64,000 nt of DNA from Azolla caroliniana (Eukaryota > Plantae > Polypodiophyta). The position numbers and the translations under genes are program-made. How positions within the stretch are numbered: the first letter of the stretch is position 1; each line of letters opens with the position of its first letter. Where the stretch lies: positions 9,982,001-10,046,000 of the forward strand of contig JBHGNT010000009.1 of the NCBI GenBank assembly GCA_043228905.1, in the 5' to 3' direction. Positions 11,414 to 22,759 of the stretch are shown here, piece after piece. The notes beneath the pieces were generated by a model. That model was not told where the DNA came from. It did no database searches and was given only the letters and a program-made list of their open reading frames with translations.

Positions 11414-14008
11414 CAAAACTACATTTTTCCAGTTTTGCATAAAGACCATGTTCTCGAAGTTGTTTTAGTACTAATAGTACATGAGAATCATGCTCTTCCT
11501 GAGTCTTCAAATAAACTAGTAGATCATCCAAATAGATGATCAAACAAATATCCAAGAGATCTCGGAATATATCATTTTCCATGTGTTGGAAGACTGTTGG
11601 CGCATTGGTGAGACCGAATGGCATAACCATATACTCAAAGTGCCCGTATCGGGTGCGAAAAGTGGTTTTCCATTCATCTCCTAGTCGGATCCGTACGAGG
11701 TTATATGTGCCTCGTAAGTCGATTTTTGTGACGAACTTTGCACCACTAATCCGTTCTAAAAGACGCGAGATAAGGGGAAGTGCATACCTATTCCTGATGG
11801 TGACCTTATTCAAGCCATGGTAATCTACGATGAGACGAAGTGATCCATCCTTTTTCTTGACAAAGAAAATAAGTGCGACGGCTGGAGATTTCAAATGTTG
11901 AATGAACCCGTTCACCAAATTCTCCTCTATGTAGGCTCGAAGGACTTCTAGCTCGGTTGGTGGCAAGTTGTACATCGGTCCCCATGGTGGCTCTTTTCCT
12001 AGTTGTAAATCAATAGGACAATCATATGGTCGATGGTGAGGAATAGTATTGGCTTGTACCTTCTCAAACACGTCGGCATAATGACGATACTTCTCTGGAA
12101 GTTGAACTATGGATTCCTCTTTACTGGTGCTGGAAGGTTTACTGATACTGCGAATACAAACATTGATTCCTTGCGTCATTCCTCATGCAGTTGATGTAGC
12201 GAAATGGTGGAAACCTTATGAGTAGATTCTCGAGATTGTCGATACCGGATTTCTCTTGTTCTCCGATTTATGTCTGGATTGTGTAACTCGAACCATGGTA
12301 ACCTCAAAACAATGGGATGTTCTGGACTACTAATTATATTGAATGATACTACACATCCCAAATCATCTAGGACAACATTAATTGGCTCAAACTCTTCTAC
12401 GATATTTCCAGAAGCAATGGGGCGACTATCAATGACTACTACAGTGGCTGGGCAAGGGAGTTTTCTTAGGGATATATGATGAGCTTGGGAAAAATTCTTA
12501 TCCATGAAGCAAGAATTAGCTCCGGAATCTAGGAGTGCTAAGACATGTACTAGAGGAATACTTTTAGTACTAATAGTTACTTGGGCTAGGAAGACATTGC
12601 TAACTTGCTTAGAGGGAATGGAACCACTAAAGTGTTGCATAGATCTAGGCATGTCCAACCAAACAGCTCCTATTTTGATGGACTTAGTCGTTTATCTCTT
12701 CTTCTAACTGACTAAGGACTTCAAATTTGTTCAATAAACTTGGGCTATTAGTACTATTATGACTATCAAACACTCTTACCGAAATAGACTCGGGTTTAGT
12801 ACAAGAAACTATTTGATTTACCTGTCTTCTTGGCCTATGTGGACAGTTTATTGCGATATGCCCTGGTCCTCCACAGTAAAGACATAATCGATTTACTTGG
12901 CGTCGTTTCTTTTCTTCTTCCAACAATGGTCCATGACGACGTGTGGTGTCGATTTCCATCGGTGTTGGAGTATTTGTCGGAGTTGCATGATATGACTCCC
13001 TTGCAAATGGTTTTGCTACGACCAAGGCCTATGTGGGCTCCGACCTGGTCCTTGGCATTTGTAATTGGCATTCCGAACGTCATTCGAAAAGCCGGTTATC
13101 ATATCGTACCACTCGACTGATTGCCTCTGTGAGCGATTTTGGTTCTTCGAAGAACATCAGAAGTAACTCTTTGACATCATTTCGTAGACCATATCAAAAT
13201 TTCTCCATGAATGTTTGGTCATCCCAAGGGATATCGGAAGCAAGTAGACAAAAATCTGCAACGTAAGTGGAGGCTGGACGATCACCTTGACATAATCGTC
13301 AGATTTTGTTGATTGTCGTCCTTATGCTATCAGTATCTCCAAAATAGGCTTTAAACTCCGTATAAACTCTTCAAAATTATTTAGTAATGGAGATTCACTT
13401 TTTTCCAACAATGGAGTGAACCATGCCAAAGTTGAGCCACTCGGTAACGTTCCTACTAGACCCACTCATGATGCATTTGTGGGATATCGGGAAGGATGCA
13501 TTTGAATGACTAATTGTACCTAATTAAGGAATCCTCTGAACTATGGTCATGTTCCATAGAATTTCATAGGAAGGCTGATCTTGGGCTCTTTATGAATCCC
13601 TTGAGTACTTGATCCTTGTTGTTGCAATGCTACAATGGTTGCTTCAAGTTGTTGCACACGTAATGCTAACTCTCCATGTTGTTGTTGCATTTTCTGCTTT
13701 TCTAAAGAGATTTGTTGAAGATCCCCCAACAACCGTTGATTTTCTTGTTCCAATACGACAAACCTTTCTTTCAAGCACTGCAACTCCGAGAAAACAGATT
13801 GGTATTCTTGAGCGCTAACAATTGTCATAGTATTGGAGGAAGGAAGGATAAGAAGATTAGTGTGAAGGGAATGAGGGATACGAAGCTGAAGGCAATTCGG
13901 TTCAAACTTTCATGGATAGTACTAGAGGCAAGGAGAATTAGTACTAAAGGTAGAGGAGAAGAATGAGGATTAGTACTAAGAAGGGAAAGAGTGTGTGAGA
14001 ACCACGTG

Positions 14009-14012
<4 letters not shown>

Positions 14013-14050
<38 letters not shown>
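14013..14050. repeat. (GA)n microsatellite in the gypsy LTR
   Basis: Perfect GA dinucleotide run. Confidence 0.9.
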
Positions 14051-14054
<4 letters not shown>

Positions 14055-14854
14055 TAATGATGACAACAAGAAGTATATTATATTATAAGAAGAAAGATAC
14101 AAGAATAGATAGGAGGCTTAAGACTAGCGTTGAGCTGAATTGGTTCGGAATAATGCCTTTTGCCTTTATTTATAATGTTGTCAAGATTACTCTTGAAGAT
14201 TCTAGAATGTTCTAGAGTAATCTAGAATATACATGAATTTCCTATAGAAATAATAAATGAAACTAATATTTTTCGTATTACAATTCATGGTTTAATGACA
14301 AGGGTTTAGCCCATGTAACACAAGGTAATGGGTTTGAATCCCTTCATAGCTATACCATGCCATATCATGACATCAATAAACCCGGTCTACCATTATCAAA
14401 CATTGACTTTAGAGATCTCCATAACAACTTTTGTTCTTGTGAAACATTTGATGCATACACACCAACTAACCAAAGAACTTGCCCTTCATAACATATCTCA
14501 ACGTGGAGTAGAAAAGATTAAGAAGATAAGGGAACGTGAGCTACGTCGACTCGAAGCTATGGTTGGGGTACCTCTTACATGGGGACCACGGGCCACATCC
14601 ACATGGCAACCCTTTGACCCCCCGCTTCTCTTCGAGAGACTTGGATGGAAATGAAATTAGGCCTAGTATAGAATCATTCTCATTGTAGAACATGTTTTTT
14701 ATATAGAACATGTTTGTTGTTTTCTTAGAACTATTTAGCTTAAACTCTATTTTATCTTATTTTTATTTTTACTTTCGATGAATGGGTAAATATCCCATTT
14801 TTGTTGTACACCATTTGTCTCATGGGCCAATTTTGGCCTTAGAAGACGTTAATA

Positions 14855-14859
<5 letters not shown>

Positions 14860-14887
<28 letters not shown>

Positions 14888-17800
14888 ACCACAATAAATC
14901 TTCCAAATTCATCTGAAACAATTACTTTTCGGTGAAATTTATCTCTTATAAACATGACAAACCCAAAATAACCCCCATGAACCTTGTCAGCATAACATAA
15001 TGTATAACCCTTATAATAACTAATTAAACCAGCATTATGATGATCTTTATGCTTTACTGCACATAAAACATCCCATTGGTCACTTAACACAATCCTCCAA
15101 ACCTCATGCATTGACTAAATCTAGAACACAATCCCCTCACATTCCATGTGGTGATCTTCATACTTTATATTTTCCTTTTATTCGAGAAATCTCCTTCTCC
15201 TTCATTGCTGATGTTTCTACCATATCCTGAAATCAATCCCCTAAGATTGCATATGAATTACTATGGGAATACAAAACTCAAGACCTCGATAGCTCCTCAT
15301 GTGAACGAGACATTGATTTTCATTTATTCCAAGGAACATACAAATTACCTTTATTATCAAAAGATAATTTCTTTGGATAGTCCTCTTGACAAGCCCATGG
15401 TTTATTCCACATGGGATTTATTGGTGTGACCTTCTCCATAGATTCATTATGCCCAACATTCTTATTAGACTTCTTCATCTTTCCAAAAACTATTGACCAT
15501 TGTCCTTCATCCTCTAGAGCCTTTCCATCCTTCTCATTCACAATTTGTGGTTCCTTTCTTTGCTCTGAAATTGTCAAAGCTTGAATCTGATCATGAGTTG
15601 TAGGCTCTTCATGTACCACTTCCACTACATTATTTCTTTTCTTAGGACATTCAGCCATAAAATGCCCCAACACACCACAATGGAAACAATGTCCTACAAA
15701 TGTACCCCATTTAAGCCGAAAATACATAGGTGGCATACCAAAGCATGCAATCTGTAAACAACTTGGCCTCTTTATAGCAGTATTCCAAAGAATACACATA
15801 CGATATCGATTTTGAGCATTAGCACTAGGAGGCACCAAGATCATTCCCAACGTTTCCATCACTAACCGTAATATTGGCCAAACCACTGAATATGTGCACC
15901 CTACCTCAACCCATACGGGACACTCTTGCTTTAATATATCTTGGTATTCCACTAGTGGCGTCCACAGAACATTATCAACCAAACTTTTCTCATAAAAAAC
16001 TTACAATTTATTGAGTAATTTCTCTTTATACTCTTGTGATACCAAAACAACCTCATAAAATCCACGATGACCAGCATAAATATCCTAAACACAATCAGCT
16101 TGTTAAATCCGACGTAACCATTGTTTGACCCTCCAAAGGAAAGGTGTCTTCCCCGTGAAAAACAATATGAACCCTTTATCACAAAAATTAGCAAATGAGC
16201 CCAAAAACACCTTATTGTCTTTTTCTAACTTAGCCACTTCATTGTCAACAAACTCCTCAGCAACTTTCACGTTCTCCCTCATACAATCTTCCATTAATAT
16301 ATTTTCCATGCATCTTAAATGTTCCCAATGACTATCATATTTCTCAATATCATCTTGTCGCATTGCATTAGCATAAGACATGTCATTATTATTATCTCCA
16401 ATACGTCGTTTTCTTTTACCATCCCCTCTTGGGCTCAATACTGACTCAACCATGCATGCATCTGTTATCGGTTTTTAGGGTTAGGGTTAATGAGAATGAT
16501 AATGATAGTTATGATAGCATGATTATAATGATGGGTGTGATGATGGAGATAAGCATTGTGGAATTGATGATGACAGGATGAGCATTGAGAAGCATTGTGG
16601 GGTGGGGGGTGGTGCCTAGAATGGCTCCATCCCCCTCCCAGGGGGGTTCAACGTTAAGGGGAGGGAAGACAGAGAGGGAGAGAGAGAGATGACAAGAGAG
16701 AGATTGAGAGAGAAATGGTTATTCATGTTTCATTCATTCCCCATAAGGGTTTAAATAGTACAAGAGGGGATAGATACATAGGGGTGTAAGCCCCCTCGAG
16801 CATTCATACTGGACACTCACTCACACCTCCTCGTATCCATCCACATGCACACACGTGTGCATGTGTTCACATACGTATAGATTCACAATTACATGTATGC
16901 CCCCTACACATACACAACAACATCATGATAACATTCGGCCCTCACTCATCACACTTGACTCTTCGTACATCTCGTACGGGGTAACACAATATGGCACGCC
17001 CGTGGGAGAATGCCTTGCACGTCGATCCCACATGCCTTGATGATGATATTTCTTCAACCGGGACTTCCATCGATCCTTTCAACGATCGACTCCCTCGATC
17101 GGAGTGCTTGACTCGAACATCTTTGTCAATCAGCAAATCTTTCCGCGACACGAACATTCTCGTTCTGTCGGCTTACGAACTTCGTCATGGGTCCAAAATC
17201 ATGTCGTGTATATGTATGTTCTTCTTTGTATCTTGTGAGTTGTGTGTGGATCGTGTCCATATCTTTTAGGTTGATGAGTTTTTTAAAAATTCTGTCGGTG
17301 CCCTTTGATTTTTTAAAATTTAATTATGTACCCTTTTGTCTAATACCCCTCCAATTTTTAGCTTTAATTTAGGTCATATTGTTTTCTTTTTTTCTTTTCT
17401 TTTCTTTTTTTTCTTTTTTTTTTTTTTCTTTTTTGCCTTCTTCTCTGCTTCTTACGTCTCTCTCTTGTTGTTGTCTGCATCTTTCTCTTCTTCCCGCCGT
17501 TTTGCGATTCGTTAGCTTTCTTCTCTTCATTTTCTCTTCTATCCTCTTCTTTCTCCCGTTTCTAATTCATCTTTCTGTTCCGTTCCTTTCTGTCTTCTTC
17601 TTCTTCTACCACCGCCATTGTTGTTGCTTCCTATCCTTCTGCTCTCTGTCATTTCCTGTTTTCTTCTTCCTCTTTCTTCCTCTACCTCTGTTATGTCCTA
17701 TTTCCTTCATGTGTGCGTCACCTCCATGGTTTGGCAATGTCTTTGTTGTTGTTTTGGCTGTCGTTCATGGTTGTTCCGGTTGTCGCTATTGTCTATTGTC

Positions 17801-19560
17801 CCGCCATTGGTCTGGCCTTTGTAGCCCACCGATCTGCCCGTTGCCGCTTTGACGCCGCCGTGTCTTCTCATCTGGCCGCTTGTCCGACTGTTGTTTTCCT
17901 TTGCCCGGCTGCTCCGGTTGTTGTTCAGCCACTATCCGACCACTCCAACCGTTCCGACTGTTGCTCGGCTGCTCTTCAGCCGTTGTTCGACCATTCCGGC
18001 CGCTCCGCTCCGGCTGCTGTCGGTTGGTGGTGACCGTTCCTGATGCCTTTCTCGTTGTCGCCAGCCCTGTCCGGCCAGCCTCTAGTTGCGTGACCGCTCT
18101 GTTCAGTCGTCACTATCTGGGCATTCTTCCAGCCTCCGTTTTGGCTGCGGTTCGGCTATGTCTAACCGTTTTTGTCTTCGGCTCTGTTCGGTCCTTCTGG
18201 CCGTACGGCCATCACTTTCTTTCGGGCCCTTCAATCGTCTCTATTTGGTTGTACGTTTATTTCTCCGTCCTTCACTGTCTTTGTCAACGAAGCATAATTG
18301 CACGAACCACATAGCATTTCATGTTCATATTCGCCTTCATCATGATCATCATCTTCTCCCTCTTCGTTAAGAATGATCTTGGTGAATATGATGATGATGA
18401 TTGAAATGGTGATAATGAGGAGACACATTTGTGCTTTAACTTGTAAACTGTGGACAATTTTGTCTCTACTTTAACACACATCAGAGGATATATTTGTCTC
18501 TGCTTATGACCAAACATGGATTAGAGATGCTTAACACTTCTTTGTCAATTCATCGATTCCTCGTTTTGTGATGAATACATTGTCAATCTTCAATTTCTCA
18601 CTGACTTGTACATATTGTCAGTTCCTGCACATCATCGCCATCATTTGTCACTTTTCTTGCATCGCCGCGTATCATTCTTGAACTAAGTCTCCAAAGGGGG
18701 GTCGCCTTAGTGGTCACCAAAAGGTGTTATCGGTTTTTAGGGTTAGGGTTAATGAGAATGATAATGATAATTATGATAGCATGATTATAATGATGGGTGT
18801 GATGATGGAGATAAGCATTGTGGAATTGATGATGACAGGATGAGCATTGAGAAGCATTGCAGGGTGGGGGTTGGTGCCTAGAATGGCTCCACCCCCCTCC
18901 CAAGGGGGTTCAACGTTAAGGGGAGGGAAGAGAGAGAGGGAGAGAGAGATGACAAGAGAGAGATTGAGAGAGAAATGGTTATTCATGTTTCATTCATTCC
19001 CCATAAGGGGTTAAATAGTACAAGAGGGGGTAGATACATAGGGGTGTAAGCCCCCTCGAGCATTCATACTGGACACTCACTCACACCTCCTCGTATCCAT
19101 CCACATGCACACACGTGTGCATGTGTTCACATACGTATAGACTCACAATTACATTTATGCCCCCTACACATACACAACAACATCATGATAACATTCGACC
19201 CTCGCTCATCACACTTGACTCTTCGTACATCTCGTACGGGGTAACAGCATCCTTTGAAGAATTTGGAGACTAATCCATATTCATGAAAACACTACCATCC
19301 ATATGACAAGAAATAGGAGAGAGCTCACTTACAATAATTGTGTTGGAGAAGGAATCAAAGCAAGCGATCATGAGATGCATACAACCGAATAGAATTTTTA
19401 CTCGTAACGTTCTACCAAGACCACCAAATGATACGCATAGATACTCTTTAGAAAGCTCTCTGCACAGGCTTCGAAAAGAGCTAAAGAACAAATGAAACGG
19501 ACACCGTAGCAAGAAGATACATCAAAATTAGTGTTTGTTTTGTCCTTCTCCAACATCTCC
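14860..19560 (-). mobile_element. Degenerate L1-type LINE 5' part (ORF1 with zinc knuckle + start of ORF2 endonuclease), interrupted by the LTR element at 16463-19246
   Basis: ORF 15982-15320 has CFHCGVLGHFMAEC (CCHC). Minus strand near 15147 reads TWNVRGLCSR, the AP-endonuclease N-terminal motif. ORF1-like sequence appears to continue across the GCATC insertion site into 19247-19512. Confidence 0.7.
16463..19246. mobile_element. Non-autonomous LTR element (TRIM/LARD-like, 2.8 kb, no gag/pol)
   Basis: LTRs 16463-16986 and 18725-19246 (TG...CA, ~97% identical by eye); perfect TSD GCATC (16458-16462, 19247-19251); internal 1.7 kb is pyrimidine-rich with no retroelement domains. Orientation is ambiguous (see findings). 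Confidence 0.93.
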
Positions 19561-19580
19561 CAACTTTGCGTCTCTCTCTC

Positions 19581-19786
19581 TCTCTCGTAATTACCTTACC
19601 CTAGTGGTAAGTTGTTGACACTACAAGCACTGCATCATGGGTTTGAGACCCAATTTCCTCACTTCTCTATTATATTCTTCATATACTCTTAATTCTCTAG
19701 ATGCCACTGTGGAATGTAGGGGTTGAACCCATGACCACCTGGTCTCCATTGGGCAACCTTACCAACTGAGCTACATCCACCTGGGC
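19581..19786. repeat. ~205-bp module of two convergent tRNA-derived (SINE-like) units, copy 1
   Basis: Plus-strand A/B-box-like motifs (..CTAGTGG..GGGTTTGAGACCC); minus-strand GGATGTAGCTCAGTTGGTAAGG...GGTTCAACCCC. Repeated at 22431-22637. Confidence 0.65.
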
Positions 19787-19819
19787 AACTCTCACTCACT
19801 CACTCTCTGTTCGAGATGT

Positions 19820-22425
19820 TCGAGAGGGAGGTTGCAGAAATTGGCCCTTGAAAATTGTGACAAAATCTATCCAGATATCGGGCAATTTCCGCAAAGTACG
19901 GAGCCCATGCTACCAGGCGGCGGCCTTACCCCCTAGTTCTTGGCCGACATATGCAATCTTTGTACTATCTGGAGTGGGATAGAGCTCAAAATGAGACTCC
20001 CATCGGCCCAGCCACGCGCAGATTGCTTCTTCGGTTCTTTCCTTTTTGTCTCTCATAAATGGCTTAACGACAAACAATGGTTCACCCTGTCACTCATCAG
20101 GTCTATTAGTCTCGCGGTGTAGACTAATGACATGTGCCTCGAGAGCACTTTGAGATTGCCGAAGTTCGGTCATCTGTTGAGAGGTGAAACTAAGCTATTG
20201 GGTTATTTGCGAAAAATACATCTCAATGGACATTTGTCCAGGAGGATCCCTTGAGTTCCTTCCGCTTGAGCGAATGACATCGGGTCGTTATTTTGAGCCA
20301 TTAAATGATTATTTCTGGAAAAGAAATAGGATAAGGTCAGAGAGATAGTCATAACATCATGTCGTGATGTAAACATATCATGGGCAAACATTAATCGATA
20401 TCATGATCTCACGTCAATACCCCTCTAGACGTATGAGATGAGGTTCAAGATCAGGTTACTATGGTAACACAAAGGTGTTTTAAAAACCATGGGGATGTCA
20501 ATTTAATGTCTTTCCCTTATCTCTATATCTATTTTTTCATGGCGGCTCCCCGAGGCTCAACCATGTATGTTCGCATCATGAATAGTTTATATACGAAAAA
20601 AATGTTAACAATAAACTATGTTTCGGTGCCCACATATGTGTTTTAAGTCCTATTACGAGGACCCCGAAGTGCACTTAGACCTCAAGTCTAAACATGTGTT
20701 ATAGTCATATGTATAACGATGTTGTATGGTCTTGGTCATATTTGAACTCGAGACCTCGAGAACAAATACATTAAACATTTGAGCCAACCAAGTAAGTTGC
20801 TCTTCTTGAATGTTTCATGTTTTATGTGTATAAAAGATATGCGAGGCATTTGCCCATATATGTTGTTTTAAAAGGAACATATATGTCAAGAGTCCTTATT
20901 TCGCCCTCATTTACTACAACTATGTTGGTACGTTACCTAACCTCAAGTCTCGTCATTACGATGGCATATGCCAAAGTGCAACCTAATGGTCAAGCCAAAT
21001 GAGCCTTCTTTTCGTAGTAGGCCCACGTGGCCCATGACATGGTCACGTCATTACGAATGCCTCTTGTAAGAATAACCTCCTGGTGGCATCGTATCCATGT
21101 AATGAGGGAGGGATGTTGGATACGTGTGTCATAAGAGCGACCTCACATGAAGTGGGTCAAACCCTACGTACTCAACATCATTATGGCTATTGGCGTTTCT
21201 TTACGTAACAAAATATCGAAGTCACCAACGGGGATTTCAACAATAAAAAATTGTTGAAAAAAGGGATGGTGACAACACGATTCTCACAAAAATGTGAGGA
21301 CGGCCACCAAGAACCTTTCCCCGTAAAGGAAAACATTCGATTTAAAATCACGTAATAACTTATATACACATATGTATATTATCACATATATACGATCAAC
21401 TATGTATACACGTGACCACATATGCCTATATCAAAGAAATCGTTATATTTAATAGCCAAAAATGACGTAATCGAGGCATATACCTCTACGCACACGAGAC
21501 ATCCAAAAATAAGGGTTCAACGTAATACGCAATTGAGGTATTGACCTCTTACACATACGAGACCAAACGCATATCATTTACAACAAAATCGAGGTGTCCT
21601 CATACGCAAACGTAACATATGTTCGTGAACGTAATACGTAATTGAAGTATTAACCTCGTACGCATACGACACTCATCACATATTATTTATATGTCAAACG
21701 AGGTATTGACCTCGTGCACATATGTAAGCATTTTAGATAACCAATTAAATACCACTACTACATCATTTAATTAATGAAAATAATCTACATATTAACCATA
21801 CACATGATTAGATGGGAGAAGAAAAAATAGACAAAAAATAACAAGAAAGATTACCGAAGTTCCTTGTTGATCCTTGTCTGCATGAAGGCCAACCGCACAA
21901 CAATCGTTCACCATCTATCGAGAAGATAAGACCAACAAAAGAAACATTAGTACATAGGCTCTGATACCAAATATTAGAGACATGTACTAAAGTAAGCATT
22001 AGATAAGGATAGATCTAGGTAGATAGAAAGAAAGGCGAGAGAGAAAGAAGGGTGTCGATCCACCCGACCACCCCCGAGCGAAGGGATCGAGACGGACTCG
22101 AGCCTCGATCGGCATCCCATACCACCGCCGTGGCGTCGAGTCTTACCTGGTGCTAGCGCGCTCACTACAAGAGTTGACCCACCACAAGACAGAGTCTCGA
22201 CGTAGTCAACAAGATCATGAAATGAGGGTAGTTAGGCCTCTATTTATTGAGGTATCCAGGCCCCCAGCCATGTTCACACTTGGCCTAATGGGTTATCTCA
22301 ATCCCGAGGATTTAAAAGTAATCATCCCCTTCTTTACACTCTCGTTTAACCCTCACACTTATCCACGTGTATAGAATACTACAGTAAATTCTCACCACAG
22401 GATATTATATGGTCATGCCCATAAC
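19820..22425 (-). mobile_element. Ty3/gypsy 5' fragment (LTR + PBS + long leader + gag start), truncated
   Basis: LTR 21972-22425; PBS TGGTATCAGAGC (minus 21969-21958); 19820-21330 is an inverted homolog of 22760-24720. Confidence 0.8.
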
Positions 22426-22430
22426 TCTCA

Positions 22431-22637
22431 CTCTCTCGTAATTACCTTACCGGAGTGGTAAGTTGTTCACACTACAAGCACTGCGTCATGGGTTCGAAAC
22501 CCAATTTCCTCACCTCTCTATTATATACTTCATATACTCTTAATTCTCTAGATGCCACTGTGGAATGTAGGGGTTGAACCCATGACCACCTAGTCTCCAT
22601 TGAGCAACCTTACCAATTGAGCTACATCCATCTGGGC
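22431..22637. repeat. tRNA-derived two-unit module, copy 2
   Basis: Direct repeat of 19581-19786; B box GGTTCGAAACC intact here. Confidence 0.65.
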
Positions 22638-22759
22638 TCTCTCTCTCTTTCACTCTGTCCTACACACACCTTCCGTTGCACAGAATCACATTCGATTCTT
22701 TACACATGTATATGTGTATATTAGTTATTACGTATGTGATATTACTTGATCGATGATTG

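Larger units (their letters stand above)
5874..14282 (-). mobile_element. Ty3/gypsy (chromovirus/Tcn1- or Tf1/sushi-like) retrotransposon, interrupted by copia element B and truncated on the left
   Basis: Minus strand: gag (13828-, EPKISLP...; CCHC CLYCGGPGHIAINC ~12850), protease LLDSGA (~12520), RT 12179-11414 (FFVKKKDGSLRL, MPFGLTNAP, YLDD). RT resumes at 5999-5874 (VEFLGYVISLEGITMDPAKV). The right LTR boundary reads TGTAATACG on the minus strand at 14282. Confidence 0.88.

Noticed and set aside
16925-16960. Hammerhead ribozyme (retrozyme) core in the non-coding element's LTR (minus GTGATGAG..CGAATG)
   Set aside because: It lacks the C of CUGANGA and the GAAA motif, and I could not build stems I/III. 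An Infernal search would be decisive.
17379-18370. Plus-strand Phe/Leu/Ser/Cys-rich ORFs as membrane proteins
   Set aside because: Artefact of a pyrimidine-rich low-complexity tract inside the LTR element; no domain motifs.
19709-19780. Functional tRNA gene
   Set aside because: A/B boxes are present, but there is no convincing anticodon arm and it is duplicated with substitutions; treated as a tRNA-derived repeat.
21465-21720. Regularly spaced hairpin repeats as a CRISPR-like array
   Set aside because: Repeats are degenerate, the intervening sequences are themselves similar, and the context is a gypsy leader.
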